Notes: generated by a model not told the origin, from the sequence alone. 64,000 nt of DNA from Lama glama (GCA_028534125.1 CM052817.1:33048001-33112000); one strand, 5' to 3'. Shown: positions 25,969 to 40,000, counted from the first letter of the stretch. Made by a program: numbers and translations.

Positions 25969-26158
25969 CTTGTCTTCCTGAGGGACAAGACGGAACATGC
26001 AGCTGCCAGAATGGAAATGTGGCTAGTCCGGGTGGCTTCTGCGAGCATCTCTTCTGGCCTCTTTGTTGAGTCTGAGCATTCCCTGTCCCTCAATAATAAA
26101 GATCGTTCCTCCTACCATTCAATAATTTTGCATAAAAGAGCACCAAATGTAATTTCAG
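25969..26158 (-). other. Candidate non-coding 5'UTR exon (190 nt) with uORFs
   Basis: Acceptor ttttaccatctttctgcag|C and donor AAG|gtagta; unique sequence with retained CpGs. Confidence 0.5.
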
Positions 26159-26904
26159 CTGCAGAAAGATGGTAAAATTAAGTACAGTTTGAGAAAAGAG
26201 CACTATTTATGAGAGACACAAACATAAAACTTCAAATAAAGAGGTTTAAAATACAGCAAATAGTCCATTGCCTTAATTATGTTTCCCCTCAAAGCTAATA
26301 GAAAAATTTGTCTGTGTGTGCAATGTTTAGAAAGAAATCTAGGCCTTGAATAGACTCACACAGTCTATTCAAATCTGGAGAGAGGATTTGCCACAGAGGG
26401 AGTCTTACACAGGTGACTGCTAAAGTCCTTCCCAGCAATGAGAATCTAAGGATGGTACGTACAAAGATGGCTGAGATTTCTGAAGTAAATGAAGGCAACA
26501 ATACAAAGTCTTTGTAAGAAGTCAAAAACTGCTTGTTGTTTGTATTGAACCTCACTACACTAGAACATTCCAGGCTTTGGAGCTCACTCTAGGGAGCCTA
26601 ACCCCTCTATTCCTGTGTGTTGTGTTACTTATCAATCCTGATGTATGACTGAAAAGTGACAAATAAAATGAATTTGACGTCTTGAAGGGGCTTGCCCCTT
26701 GGAAAAAATACAAGGTGTATTACTTATTCATAAAGCAAAAACGGACTGATTTCCACAAAAAATAAAAAATCATGAGCCTGACTTTGTTTACATTTTCCAA
26801 TAAATTGATGTACAGATGATTTTCTCTTAAATAGGCAGACTTTCACATCCTACATTAGATATGTAGTTTGACAACAACATTTATTGATTTTCAACAAAGC
26901 CTTT

Positions 26905-27130
26905 TGAAGTAGTGAAGCACAATTCCTGGAAGCACAGACTGGGGTTGGGCAGAGTCAGGAGAGAATCTAGGCTCCACCACTTACAGTCACCTCAGCCTGA
27001 GACTTCTCCAAGCTTCTGTTTCCTCATCTATAAAACAATTACTAGGATTGTAAGACTTGAATGAGACAATGCATATAAACCACGTAAGCCTGGTTCCTGG
27101 CACTTAGCAAAGTGGTAACGAGCATCAATT
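26905..27130 (+). mobile_element. MIR SINE
   Basis: 'ctaggctccaccactta...ctgtttcctcatctataaaa...aatgagacaatgcatataaa...cctggcacttag'. Confidence 0.75.
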
Positions 27131-27473
27131 ATCTTGTAACTTCAGTACAAACATCCTGCACAAACTGCAGAATGATTTCACAAAGTGAAAGGTGAAAATG
27201 GCAGTGGTTTGGCAAAAGAAAGATGATGAGTTTTTGGTAAGGTTCATAGATTTGAAAGATTAGATCAAGTTACACTAGATATGATCAGCTGCAACCTCCT
27301 CTATGAACTTTCACAATAAAAAGGAAAGTTTAGGTCCAATTAATATTCTTAAAGCTGGTTTACCTGTGACTCCTGGTTCTTTTACATGTGCATAAAAGCA
27401 TGTCTATTTTCCGTGTGACCAGAAGTAGTCACCTAGACTCTTTGATCTTCCGTTGCTTCAACCATAAAATTAC

Positions 27474-27725
27474 CTCTCTTAGGTATTTTGGTGAAAATCA
27501 ATTTGAGGTAAAAATCAGATGAGAATGTTTCACTAACTGTAAGAACTACATTCACTGAACCAATATGCACTGTGAGCTTATAAACCATGTAGCTATACTC
27601 CGAGTGAAGGGGAAGCTTGGATAAGTAAGTCATGAGATGCTGGTCTGTCAGTATTGCTGTGGCTGTGGCAGGGAAGATGGATGATATGCATTAGCACGGA
27701 TGCACGTAAAGGGGGCTATGGCAGA
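27474..27725 (-). other. Candidate alternative exon
   Basis: Acceptor ggtttctttttcag|T; donor GAG|gtaatt (alternative TAG|gtgact at 27433). Confidence 0.3.
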
Positions 27726-29941
27726 CTGAAAAAGAAACCGTTCAGGTGTTACAATATATATCTTTCATCAATTCAAAACTAATTTTTTAAAAACCCTTCT
27801 TAAAATCTAATAGGATGCTTCACACCCAACAGATGATCAAAATCTGTGCTGACTGCACTTAACTCTACTCATTATACAGTGTAAGCTGCATTGTAGGAGA
27901 GATCTTGTTTTACCTGTTTGCTGATGCAGCCTCAATGCCAAACAATGGTGTCTGGTGTCTAGTAGGTGTTCGATAAATATTTGTTGGTAGAGTAGATGGA
28001 TTTTATGTTTTGGCTACATGAGAAATAATCTCCATTTGGAGGTAATTTTATTAGCACCTCTACAAAAGCAAAATATTTTCGCTTCTAAACTTTGGTCTAT
28101 ATTTTCCTTTTTTATTTCCCCCTCTCTATTCTTTTGTTAAGCTAAGCAGGAACACACCGAATTAGTTGTTTTCCCAGTCAGTATATAAATTATTCATAAG
28201 GAGGATTTAAATCAGGAGGGTGCCATTAGAAACTATTCTAGTCAGTTGAGAGAAGAGTGCTGATTGCTTATGCCTTGGTTAGTGTATTTATCACATTTAA
28301 ATATGCAGCTTTCCTCTAAAGAGTTTATTTATGGGATTACTGGTAATGTATCTTTTTCTTTTCTTTTGTTCATTTAGACTACAATCTTAAAAAAGGAGCA
28401 AAAGAAAAAATCTATCAAACAAAGGTTACCTTAAAAATTAATTAACTAAAAATGTTACATATATTAAAGTTTCATACAGTTGTCTTCCTTCTACTCCCAA
28501 AATACCTTGATGTACTATACATGTATAAATGTTATAATGTTTTAATATTTTATGATGTTTTTCTACCAAAACTAAATTAAAGTTAGAAAGTATGGGTATC
28601 AAGTATTTAACAAGGCAGATGAAAAATTCTGTATTTTTCAGTGAGAGTCAACAACCAGGAATGTCAAATCCAAATTTTTACAATTTCATTTCCTCATTTT
28701 TTTCTATTTAAAAATTATGAATCCAAAATGTTGCAAGGAAAACAAACTTCAAACACATACTAATATATCAAACAAAACAGCCACACTAAACAAAACAACT
28801 CACTTTAAAAAAAAAGGATTATACCAACTCTACATGGACCAAGTACAAAAAGGAATCTTTTTTTACTCTGTTGTCAAACCACAATAGATTTTTTTTTAAA
28901 TCACATGAGCAGATAATAACAAAAATAGCTCCACCTGGCAGAGTGGTAATCTATCCATTTTTAACACATTTTGTCCCCTGGAAAAGGCTTCTGGCAATTT
29001 TGTTTTGCTTATTTGCTACTTTTTTAAGAGCTCAAAATCAGGAGATTAGAAAGAAGTAAGAAAAGTGTTCCTGTATACTGTGTTAGGGAAGATTCCTGTT
29101 AAAAACCTACGGTACAACCCATATGTAATGGCCCAGATGTGGATTTTTTTCTGCACAGATATAAAATGACATCAATTCCTACAGAAGCAGTATTTCCATA
29201 AGGTTTGTAAAGTGACTCTGCAACACCACCCTGAAGGTTATAAGCTAGTGCTGCCCTTCCTGGCAAACACTAAGGACAGAGAGCGTGGAGGAGCACCACA
29301 TACAGGACTCCCACTAAGGGACGTCTATTTTAGGAGATTCGCATCATTCACACACATCACTTCAAGCGCCAACACCTTCTGGAGAACAAGGGACAGACAG
29401 ACTGGGCCGCTTCCACTCAGCACTCTTCCACTTCTGCTTTGAGCCCCTCACCTCAAAAGTAAAGATGGGAGCAGCAGAGCAGGTATCAAGGCACAGACTT
29501 TCAGTCAAGGTGCTCAGGTAAACCAGGCTTGGCCAAATCCTCACGCTATCCCTCGCCAGCAAGAAACCTGAGATCCTGAACAAAGATTTCTCCTATGTTT
29601 TGAGAACTAGCAGTCCTCTCCTACCCACCCCCTGAAAAACCCTCAGTAAATAATTCATCCTATCTAGCTCTTTGAGAGTGGTAAAAATAGAAAACAGGTG
29701 AAATCCACACCCAGGCCCAAGCCTACTGTCTAGTTCCAGGTGCTCAGTAATGTCAAGCCAGCCTGCAGCACCCTCGGAGCCCTAGTCAGAAGTGAAGCGG
29801 TGGGGCCCTCTAGTGAGTCAGCCGCCTAGGCACGCGCTTCCTTCAGAGAGACCCGCCATTAAGTTGCACCCAACACACCCTGGAAATGGGTATAAGCAAG
29901 ACCTGGTTTCTCCAAGACTAACCTTATAAAAAGAAAAGATC

Positions 29942-30300
29942 AATCTAAAAGAAATGAAACAAATTCTATTTACAAACCAAAAACACATTCATGGACATAG
30001 AAAACAAACTATAGTTACCAAGTGGGAAAGGGCAAGGGAGGGATAAATTAGGAGCTGGGGATTAACAGATACACATCACTACGTATAAAATAAATAAACA
30101 AAAAGGACCTACTGTATAGCATAGATAACAATATTCAGTTTCTTGTAATAACACATAACGGAAAAAATCTGAAAAGAAAAAATATGTATGTATACATATA
30201 ACTGAATTGATTCGCTGTACACCTGAAACTAACATTGTAAATCAACAACAGTTCAATTAAAAAATTAAGTTAAAAAAAAGAACAAGAATGCAGAAAAAAG
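29942..30300 (+). mobile_element. 5'-truncated L1 3'UTR
   Basis: 'catggacatagaaaacaaactatagttacc...gggataaattaggag...gctgtacacctgaaactaacattgtaaatcaac'; TSD-like aaaaagaaaa(g/c)at on both sides. Confidence 0.92.
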
Positions 30301-32334
30301 AAAACATTGATTAGACAGTGTTATTGCCTTACATTCTTAAAAACCCTTAAAAAAGAAAAACAGAATCTTAGTAGCCGTTGGGGTGGCCAGCATAGTACAA
30401 ACAGTGAGACGGAGTGGTTCAGGATGGAGACTCAGTCACTGCAGGGAAGCACAAACCATTATTATTTCCCTTTTGGTCAAGCAAACTGGGATGGTTGTAC
30501 CCTTCCTGTTTTTCACAAAGCGAAGACCCACCCAGATGTGCCTTTGGCCACTGGCATAAAGTCTGTATTTGAAACTTTTTTGGTAGACCCACAAAACGCT
30601 CAGAACCAAAATTGTTAGCCTTGAATTACTCTGCTTGATTACTAGCTCTAGTTTCCAGCTGGAATAATATATGATATCACTGCTTCTCAAGCTAACTCAG
30701 TTTAAAAGGAATAGTTTACTTAGCCTATATATTCGACTCTTACTTTCTAATCAGATGCTTGGCTCGAATTCACCTAACTCCAAAACCTGGCAATGTGCCC
30801 TCCCTGGGCAAAAGAATAAGAAGTTCACGGGTGGTTTTTGGTTTGTTTTTGTTTTTTTTCTGTTTTTCCATTTGTCTCTCTCTTTTATTATTCAAAAACA
30901 CAATACCTTAATGTGATAGGGGAGACGAACAACATTAAAATAAAATATCCTGCAAGAGAAAAGTGAAATCGAGATGCTGTATCCTTATGGAGAAACGTGT
31001 GAGTCTCATAAGGTTTTAATAAAAGGCTTGCTAAAGAGCAAAACTCAAGATGAAAATCTAACCTGGATGCCAAATTTATAGATATATCAATGAAAAACAG
31101 ACTAGTGGGAAACACGTTTAAAAGCTCTCAGTACTCACAGGGAAAGTTACCAGCTTAAATGCAGATAAATGGAAATCTGCATCAGTGGGTTATACAGACC
31201 CTGCTGTGTTTTGAAAATTTTATTATCCTAATGCCTGAGAACGAGCATGGGTAGGGTATGAGAAGAAAGTGGCCAACAGTCATTTTGATGCCTTGCCCCA
31301 GGACAAATATCACCGCAATACACAGCAGTGAAGGGCACGCCTTCAGTATTAGACACATCCGGGTATTAACCTGCTCTTGACACCAGCGGTAGGACCAAGG
31401 TCAAGTTTATAACTTGTCCAACTTCTGCTATATAGTCCTCAAGGCTGAATCAGAAGTTCAAAAAATTTACCTATAAATTGGATCTTTATAAATTTATTTA
31501 TATATTGGATGAAAATCTAGGACTTACTTTTCTCATAGAGGTAATACTATAAATGCAGTACTTAGGTACTTGGATCAGCCTAGGAAATCCTGCTTGGTCC
31601 TGTAGCCCTGAAAATGGCACAGATGGTACTAATGTACTGATAGCTAATCTACATGACAAGATAAACTGTACTCACATCCAAATAACCATATAGTTTTTGG
31701 TTTTATAACTTCACTATCTGGCAGGCAGTATGTGTTCAATAGATGGTTATTATATGAAATGGAACAGAGTATTTTCTCTTGGAAAAGGTGTTTTAGCTTT
31801 TTTCCCTCCACTGTTGGGAACTGACACCTCTCTTGGCAAAGAAGTAGAGGGCAGAGGTTTCCCTGGAGAAGGGAGAAGGTGATGAAGAGATGATTTATAT
31901 TTTTGAGGATTAGTAAAGTTTATTCTACCTACAGGTGAGACAGTGCCTCCCAAGTGTTCTGAATTGTTGGGGGAGGTGGGTAAGAGGTCTTTTGAATTAA
32001 TAAAAGAGTCTAATCACATGAGCCTCCGAAGAACCTATATGTTAGGCTGCTCAGGTCTCTTTAATTCCAAATGTCCTTCATCTGGGACTTTTTTCCATAA
32101 ATTTCTGTGGAAAAAATTTTAAATCTCTAATAATTAACTTATTAAAATAAGTTAAATCTCATACACTGTTTCCAAATATCTGTATCTATGTATTTCCAGA
32201 ATCTAGTGATGTTGAAGAGCCCAAGCATCCAGACCCTCTATTATTTTGATCACTTCTCCATGAGATCACAAATGATCAGAATTACAAGACTCACAGCACA
32301 AACTTCTGTGATGAAAACTGCAGTTCAAAGATAA

Positions 32335-32760
32335 CCATGTTAATTAGAATGTTTGGCTGTGATCACAGAGACTCAAAATTATAGTGGCTTATACAAGAAG
32401 GGAATGCATTTCTCATTCACATAAAGACCAGGTCAGTGGTCCAGGGCTGATACAGTGTTTACACTGCCCCTCAGTGAACTAACTATGGTTCTTCCATCTT
32501 TCTGGGCAAACATCTTCAACACAAAGCCTCCTCTCACAATTCAAGTCAGTCATTCCCGCCCCTGCCATCCAGGCTGCATTTCAGCACACAGAAGGGGGGA
32601 AAGGAAAAGCATGTACCTGTATTTTAACTGCACAGCCTGAAAGTGGCCCGCATGACGTCTACTCATGTCTCATTCACCATGCCCTGGTCACATCTAGCTG
32701 TAAGGCTAATTGTGAATCACAGTCATTATTTTGGGTGACCACGTGCTTTGTAAATAGGTG
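32335..32760 (-). mobile_element. Old MLT1J/K-type LTR
   Basis: 'ttggctgtgatcacagagactcaaaattatagtggcttatacaaga...ctggtcacatctagctgtaagg'. Confidence 0.6.
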
Positions 32761-32919
32761 ACAATAGGTGGTGAGAACACTAAGAAGCTTCTGCCCTGAA
32801 GGCCATAACAAGACATCCTTTTAGACTCAGATAAACCACTCAAATATTTATCCTTTTATTGCAGGTGCCAGTTGGTGGGAAGTAAACTCCATGCTTATAA
32901 CAAACCTCTCAAATTCCCA

Positions 32920-33230
32920 CAGGCAGGCAGTAAAGCCCGCTATTGTAGGTGCGAAGATGAAAATTCTGTATTCTGGGACATACTTGTGAATAAGGTCAAT
33001 AAGGTCCCCAGTTTCAACTGTCCTGTAACCTAGTAGAGGGAGACAATGACCATGCAAACAAAACACTGTCAGCAAATGAGAAGCAAATATAAAACAACGT
33101 GATGCAGAAAGCTACTCAGGGAAGGCTTCCCGGAGGAGATGGTATTTAAGTTTTGATCTAACCAGCCATGAGAAGAGCTGGAAAAGAACATTCTAATAAA
33201 AGGGACTAGCAAATGTTAAAGCCCCAAGGT
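32920..33230 (-). mobile_element. L2 fragment
   Basis: 'tcagggaaggcttcccggaggagatggtattt...gaaaagaacattcta...agcaaatgttaaagccc'. Confidence 0.65.
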
Positions 33231-34221
33231 TCCCTATTTGTCAGAATCAAAGTTGCTTTAGCTCTAGTTTTCCTTATTTAGGCCTGCTATACATGGAAAA
33301 GGAGAGGGGAGAGAGAGAGAGAGAGAGGGTGTATGTGTGTGTTCATGTGCACGCATCCTTGGGAAGAGGAGAGCCGTAACACTACTACTGGAATTAATAC
33401 TTAACAGCTAAGGATAATGTGGAACACTCCAAAACCAAGAAGAAAGTGGACCTGGGCCATCTATAGAGAAAAGAGGATGAAGTGAATGCTTAGAGAAGTT
33501 GAGAGACAGTACAGTCTTTGTATTCAAAAATTATTTTTCTTCACTTGATCTAAACAACACTTCTGAGTGTACATATTTCTGGGAAAAAAGTTAACTAATT
33601 TCAGGTATACTGTTCTAAATAAATTTTAGTTCAAAATGAGAAATCAGCAGTTGTAAATAAAATGACTCACATATTTTTAATCAAAATGAGTTATATACAA
33701 AACAGGTAAGAAATAAGCAAATTTAATAATTAAATGTTTGTACACTACTATTGTAACTTAATATTATATTTTAAATATTACACAACTTATTTTTCTCTAT
33801 AGGGACCCAAACTATGCCAACACATTCTTGAGTTGTCAGGAATCCACTAATAAAAATCTTAAGACTTCATACCACCAGTCTGAGGTCATCACCAAAGCAT
33901 CTATCGGCTTGGTCCTGGAGGAGATTAGGGGAAAGTTGGGTATTACTTAAATAATCAAGATATACTCACAGCATAGTCCACTAGTCACAAAAAAAAGACC
34001 ACTAGTCACCTAAAAAAAAGACCACCTCTTATGAAAGGTGCTACAGTGAGATGAATATCCCAAGTGACAAATTTTTTGTCATACTCATGGCCATCAAAGG
34101 CAACCTGCCACTCATATGCTTCTATTTTAACACAATGGCTTTGCCAACGCACTGGTCAGGAAGACACCAAGTCAGACCCAAGATCTAGGGAAATTTTTAT
34201 CCACTTCCTACCTTCAAAATC

Positions 34222-34397
34222 CCATTTCATTGACTCTAAGACAACACTGATTATAACATGTACCATTATTTTATGTATCCCAGCAAGAAAAAAAATACTG
34301 CAATTAGTTATGAAATGCCATCAATTCTGAGATGCATCCCAATTTCAGAAATGTGAAAATGTGAAAGATGGACACCTTAGAATCAATAAGAAATGGT
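34222..34397. mobile_element. MER104-like TcMar-Tc2 MITE
   Basis: TIRs 'ccatttcattgactctaag' and 'cttagaatcaataagaaatgg'. Confidence 0.75.
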
Positions 34398-34944
34398 GGT
34401 ATTCTTCAAGCCAAATCTGTCCCTTTTGTTTTCAGAATGGAAAATAACTTTCACTACTTTTAGCTCAATCATTAAAAAAGAAAGTTTTCATCTGTATTAT
34501 GTTCATTCCTATCTCTCTTTGTATACAAGTCCTTAATAAACATGTCAAAAGAGATAACTGATGAGTCCCCATTTAACCTTTTCCCAGTAATATTCAAGGC
34601 ATCTCATTCAAAACAAGCTGCTACCAGCTCGCTTTAAAGAATAAGAAGAGGGGAGAAAGAAGAGGCTGCCGGCCAATGAGGGCAGATTCTGACTCGGAAA
34701 GAGCAGGGTACCACAGAGCTCTACATTCGCAGGCCCCTCCCAAGAGGAGAAAAGACAAGAGTTGAGCCCATTCATCGGTTCTGAACTTGCCAACCAAATA
34801 AACACCCCTCTCCTTAAGACAAGAGGGAATAAAGGGTCAGGGAGAGAACAAAAGTGTGCTTAGGAAACCCCTCCTCCTGGGAATCAGGAGTAGGGGAAAG
34901 CTGTCCCCCTCTAGTACTTACCTAGTAGTTATTTTGATGTAGTA

Positions 34945-35815
34945 CTGTGAAAAACATGGTGACATAATAAGAAACATGTATTTGGTCTCTGCCCCCAGTT
35001 CCTGGCACAGAGCTTCTAAAACCTTTATAATTTCCTGAGCAATAAGGATGCCAGGAGCAGCTTTTGTTCTGATACTTGGTCTTTGCCCCTGGTACATAGA
35101 ACTCCTAAATCCCTTGTAATTTCCTACATGATAGGAGCATCTTTTGCTCCAATGAAATTCACTCTTGGTGGGTTCCTGGGTAGCTCCTGGATGGGGGCTG
35201 GTCATCAGAAAGACCAAGCCATGAGTAGAAGCTTGGAACTTTCAGTCTCACCCCCTTCTCCATCCTCCTGGGTGGGGAGAGGGCTAGAGATTGAGTTAAT
35301 AATTAATCATGCCTACATTATGAAGTCTCCATAAAAATTCCTAAAGTATAGAGTTTAGAGAGTTTTTGGTTGGTTAACACATCAATGTCCTGGGAGAAAG
35401 GCACACCCCAACTCCATGGGGACAGAAGCTCCTGCTCTTGGGATCCTTTTAGACTTCACCCTATGTACCTCTTAATCTGGCTGTTCATTTGCAAAATTTG
35501 TAATATCATTTATAATAAACTGGTAAACTTAAATGTTTCCCTGAGTATTGTGAGCCATTATATTAAATTATGGAACCCAAGAAGGGGGTCATAGGAACCC
35601 TGATTTACAGCCACTTGGTCAAAAGTAGGAGAGCTCAGGCTGGCAACTGATGTCCAAAGTTGGGGGTAATCTCGTGGGACTGAGCCCATTACTGTGAGGT
35701 CTGTGCTAACTCCATTTAGTTAGTGTCATGATTGAATTGCAGGACACACAGTAGAGAGTTGGACGATTGCTTGGTGTGGGAAAAACCCCTATGCATTTGG
35801 TGTCAGAAGTGTTAA
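34945..35815 (+). mobile_element. MER21-family solo LTR
   Basis: 'gacataataagaaacatgtatttggtctctgcccccagttcctggcacagagcttctaaaacc...gcatttggtgtcagaagtg'. Confidence 0.85.
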
Positions 35816-36907
35816 GAGTAGAGTATTAAAGAAATTAGAGGTGTTTTTTCAAACATGCTTCACAATTTTCCCTCTCAGGAAAAATCCTAAGAAAAATCTT
35901 CCTAATCTGTAAACAACACTCAGGTCTGACTGTAGGGAATCACCTTTTTCTGACTCTCCGCTCACTATTCATCCAAATGATATCACCAGCACTTTTGCAA
36001 GTGACAAATCAGGACCTCCCAGGATGCCAGTGAAGTCAGGAACAGACCTAACTGGGCCGTCACATTTCCAAGCCTAGCCATCTAGCTTGGGACCTAACAG
36101 ACTCACTAGAGGACCAAGAAGGTAAAACCTAAATTTGTCACAGCACAAGCAGACATACTGTTATTTAGGTTAGCTAAACTTGATCTATTATTGAAAAGAT
36201 ATTCTGAAATTTAGTATCTCATAAAGAAAATGAATTCTACCTATTAAAAGCTACTTTGGCAACTAATAAAACACTATACCTACTCTTCATTGCAAAGACA
36301 GATAAAATTTAAAACGAAAGCAATGTTTACTGGGAAATCTTGAGTGGCTTTGTAAGTCATTTATATTTTATTTAAAAGTCATTTTCAAGTTGGATTTTTT
36401 AATTTAGAAATGTAAATTCTACCTAAATAAATAACTGGAGAGAGATAATACATATATATTTACAAAGCACATTTTTTAGAAAGTATAAACACAGCTGCTT
36501 CTTCTACTGCGCAGTTTACTATCATTTTATAACCACAATAAATTATGGTCAATAAAAGATTTTCTTTGTGACAATTAGCATTAAAAACATCAGATATACA
36601 TTGTAGAAACAATGGGGTTTAAAGAAAAATACTGTTAAACATTTTCACACGGTAAGTAAAAAAGACAGAAAAATTTTTCTAAGTAACAGTTTCATTCATC
36701 CTTAATAAATTTTAATTTAGAAAAACAAATTCTAGGTAAGAATATATTAAAAGCATTACTTGCAGAAAATAAACTGGCATTTGACATAGTTATGGCTCAG
36801 CTAAAAGAGTAATAACTACTGTTTGTTGAGCATTAACTATATGTGGAGCACTGCACTTAAATATATGCATATAATCTAACTGAATCCTAACAATAACCCT
36901 ATGGGAT

Positions 36908-37002
36908 GGGGGATGGTGTATAGCTCAGTGGAAGAGTGCGTGCTTAACATGCACGAGGCCCTGGGTTCAATCCCCAGTAACTACTCTAAAATAAATTTTT
37001 TT
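36908..37002 (+). mobile_element. tRNA-derived SINE (camelid Vic-1 type) inserted in a MIR
   Basis: A box TAGCTCAGTGG, B box GGTTCAATCC, AT-rich tail, TSD aaccctatgggat/aacactatgagat. Confidence 0.88.
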
Positions 37003-40000
37003 AACACTATGAGATAGGCATTTTCTTCCCATTTAGATAAGGAAATTATATCAAACTTTCTTGCTATACTATAGAAGAATTCTTTACCGACTACCACCAA
37101 ATTAAGTAAACCTACACTTCGATGAAAAGCAAAGCAAAGCTACTTTTTATAAGTGAATATGTTCATTAATAAAATCATAAATACATCCATGCTCACATTA
37201 AACTTCTTTTCCATATTTTATACTTGAAATGGAAACAGAATTATTTGTTAAATAGCACACATGTACTGAATGCCTAAAACACAGACTATGATGTTGGAAC
37301 TTGGTGAAAAGGGAGAGAAAAAGGAGATTAGAAGATGTTTTATCCTCTTTGGCTTTTAAAAACATTCACTGTTAATAAATACTAGATTTTAAAACAATAA
37401 ATAAATAAGTACTAGATTTCCCCAATAATAAGCAAAAGTTTCTCTTTTGAGAACATAATATTATCTCTCTGCCATTTTCTGGAGCCTAAGTCTCCAGAAT
37501 AAGACATAAGTCTTATGAATAGTACTCAGATCTCTTGCTGACTGGTCATTAAATCGCCAGAACAACTGAGCCAAGAGATGGCAGTAAGTAGAAGGAATGC
37601 AGTAACCTGTGTTTAATTATACATTTCCAAGACCAGGTTTTCTTTCTTCACCAAGGTTGTCTATAGTGTTACTTAGACCATGAAGTCAACATTGAGGTTC
37701 AGTGATGGAGGCTAGATAGAGAGAGAGGTAGAAATGAGTCTCCAAAGAAATACACAGCTCTCAGCACTGGCTGAGATTTGCATTAGGTGGCTCTCAAGCC
37801 CTTTGGAAAAAGCCAGATGTTGTCCTCGTGCTTGAAATAAACTCAGATGGTCTACTTTGACATCAAAGTCTGTAAAACGGGCAGCTCAGTGTATATTATG
37901 ACTTGTTACAATAACGGATGAGTGTATACTAGATAAAATAAGCCTGTTCATAAACAAAGGACAATTATCATGGCCAGTGTATAAGTTGGCCTATGCTAAA
38001 ACAGTAAGTTTAAGGACCCAGAAATGACTAAGAACACAGTGCTGGGTAGGGCAATGTGCAATTATGATAAAGGTAGGGTTTTAGTATTTTAAATATTACT
38101 TCTTGTTTTTTAATTTTTTCTCCATTTACTGAAAGAACTTTACCAAGTACCATGGTCACAATCTGAGGCAGTCTAACATGGAAGAAGATTCCAAAAATAA
38201 ATATAAGATGGCATAGAATTAATACTGTGTCAAGTTTCCTCAGAAACTTCTAGTGAGTTGAAGGCCCATAATTCTTGGGAGAAAACTGCTATGCCTTGTT
38301 TCAAAACATTTTGTGAGATTTTGGTGCTGGAGACCCACTTTACAGAATAGCAGTGGTGGGCAGCAGGGGTGAGGAGGCCATCCAGGTGGCAGGACAGAGG
38401 GGAGGGAAGGAGGTTGCAGCAGTGGAAGTAAAAACTTTAATTATTAATATCCCAAGAAGTTTCCATAGCAACATACCTGGAGAAGGAGTCTTTCAAAAGC
38501 CAGAAAGTTGTCCCACTTGGCAGCCTGCGGGTGTTTAAGGGTTTGAACGGTGGCCAGTCCAAGCTGTAGGAGCCCACAGTGATTCCCTAGAGCTTTGAGG
38601 TTGTTCTTGAAGAGTTGAATATAAGAGGTGAGCTGCCCTGGAGTGACTCTTCCTGGAAAAATATATAATTTATCAGTGTACCCTCTTCTGGGAGTGGTAA
38701 AAATGAGAAGAATGCCATAATAATACTCCTGCCTTACATCAGCACAGAACTTCAGAGCTTTCCTAAACTTTTCTAAGCTATTGTGATTCTTACAACAACA
38801 TGGTGACAACAGCAACATTGAAACTACTAACTACATTTTGCAAGCAAGAAAACAGATGTTAAGTGATCTTGCCAAGGCCGTATTGCTAGCAGAGTTCATT
38901 TCAGAATTCTGCAATACCCCTTAAATAAGGTCTCAAGTAAAGTCATATGAATAAATATTTGTTAAGCAAAATACGGAGTATCTCTCCAAGACATATGATG
39001 CAGCAATCTATGAGGCAAAAAGACAAGATTTCTAATTGTGTGTGTATGTATATAAACAGGAGAAATTTGTTATGATTATAGCTAAAACTTTATCACTGAT
39101 ATCTGTGGGTTCATGACAATGTTCATGAGCATAAAAGCTGGCTGTTACATGGAACAAAAGTTGATAACTATGTAAGTTTAAAAGGCTAAAGCTCTAAACT
39201 GTTCTTAGAAACAATGAACAGTACATGTATGTACATTTTAATTAATTAATTAATTAAAATGGCAAAAATAATGTATGGAGAACTACAGTGGTAAAAACAC
39301 TGGAAGATGAGATATCAGAAGAAAGGGTTTGGTACGGGTGACATAGCACATTTACTACAATGGTCACCTAGATCTGGAGTGAGACTAGAAATTATACCAA
39401 AAAAAAACCCAAAAAACAAAACAAACAAACAAAATGACACCCGTTGATGACTCACTCCTTCACAGGCTCTAAGTCCAACTTTTGCCCATAGAAGTCTTTC
39501 CAGTTAGTCACTTCCCACTCTAATGTGTCAAATTTCATTCCTGCCATTCATTAGTGCTACGTGCAAACCTTCTGAACACCATAGATTCTCCCCCATGGAT
39601 TACAAGATGGCACTGAGGTCAAACACAGACGCCAGTCAAGTAAATCTCTCCTACACATCTTACTCACACCATGTGTGTGGTTTACTCTCCTGTGCCTGAA
39701 ATCCAAGTTTGATTTGTTGTATCTAAGTTAGTTAATATTTGGCAATGGAACCACCAGTATTTATTTAGCACTTTCCCATTTACACAGTATAAACATGACC
39801 TCTTCTGATTTTCATAGCAATTCTATGGGGTAGCAAATAAGTGAGAGTTTAGTGTCTCACACAGTGCTCTATAGCATTTGTCACTTAAGTAATGGTTTAC
39901 TACAGGTTATATACACAAAAAATAAAGACTTTGTCACAAGAAACTCTTAAGCCTACAACATATTCTACCTTTTCATTACATATTTTGAAGAGATTAAGAA

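Noticed and set aside
36908..36980. tRNA gene
   Set aside because: Has an AT-rich tail and TSD and lacks a proper acceptor stem; it is a tRNA-derived SINE. The same applies at 53430.
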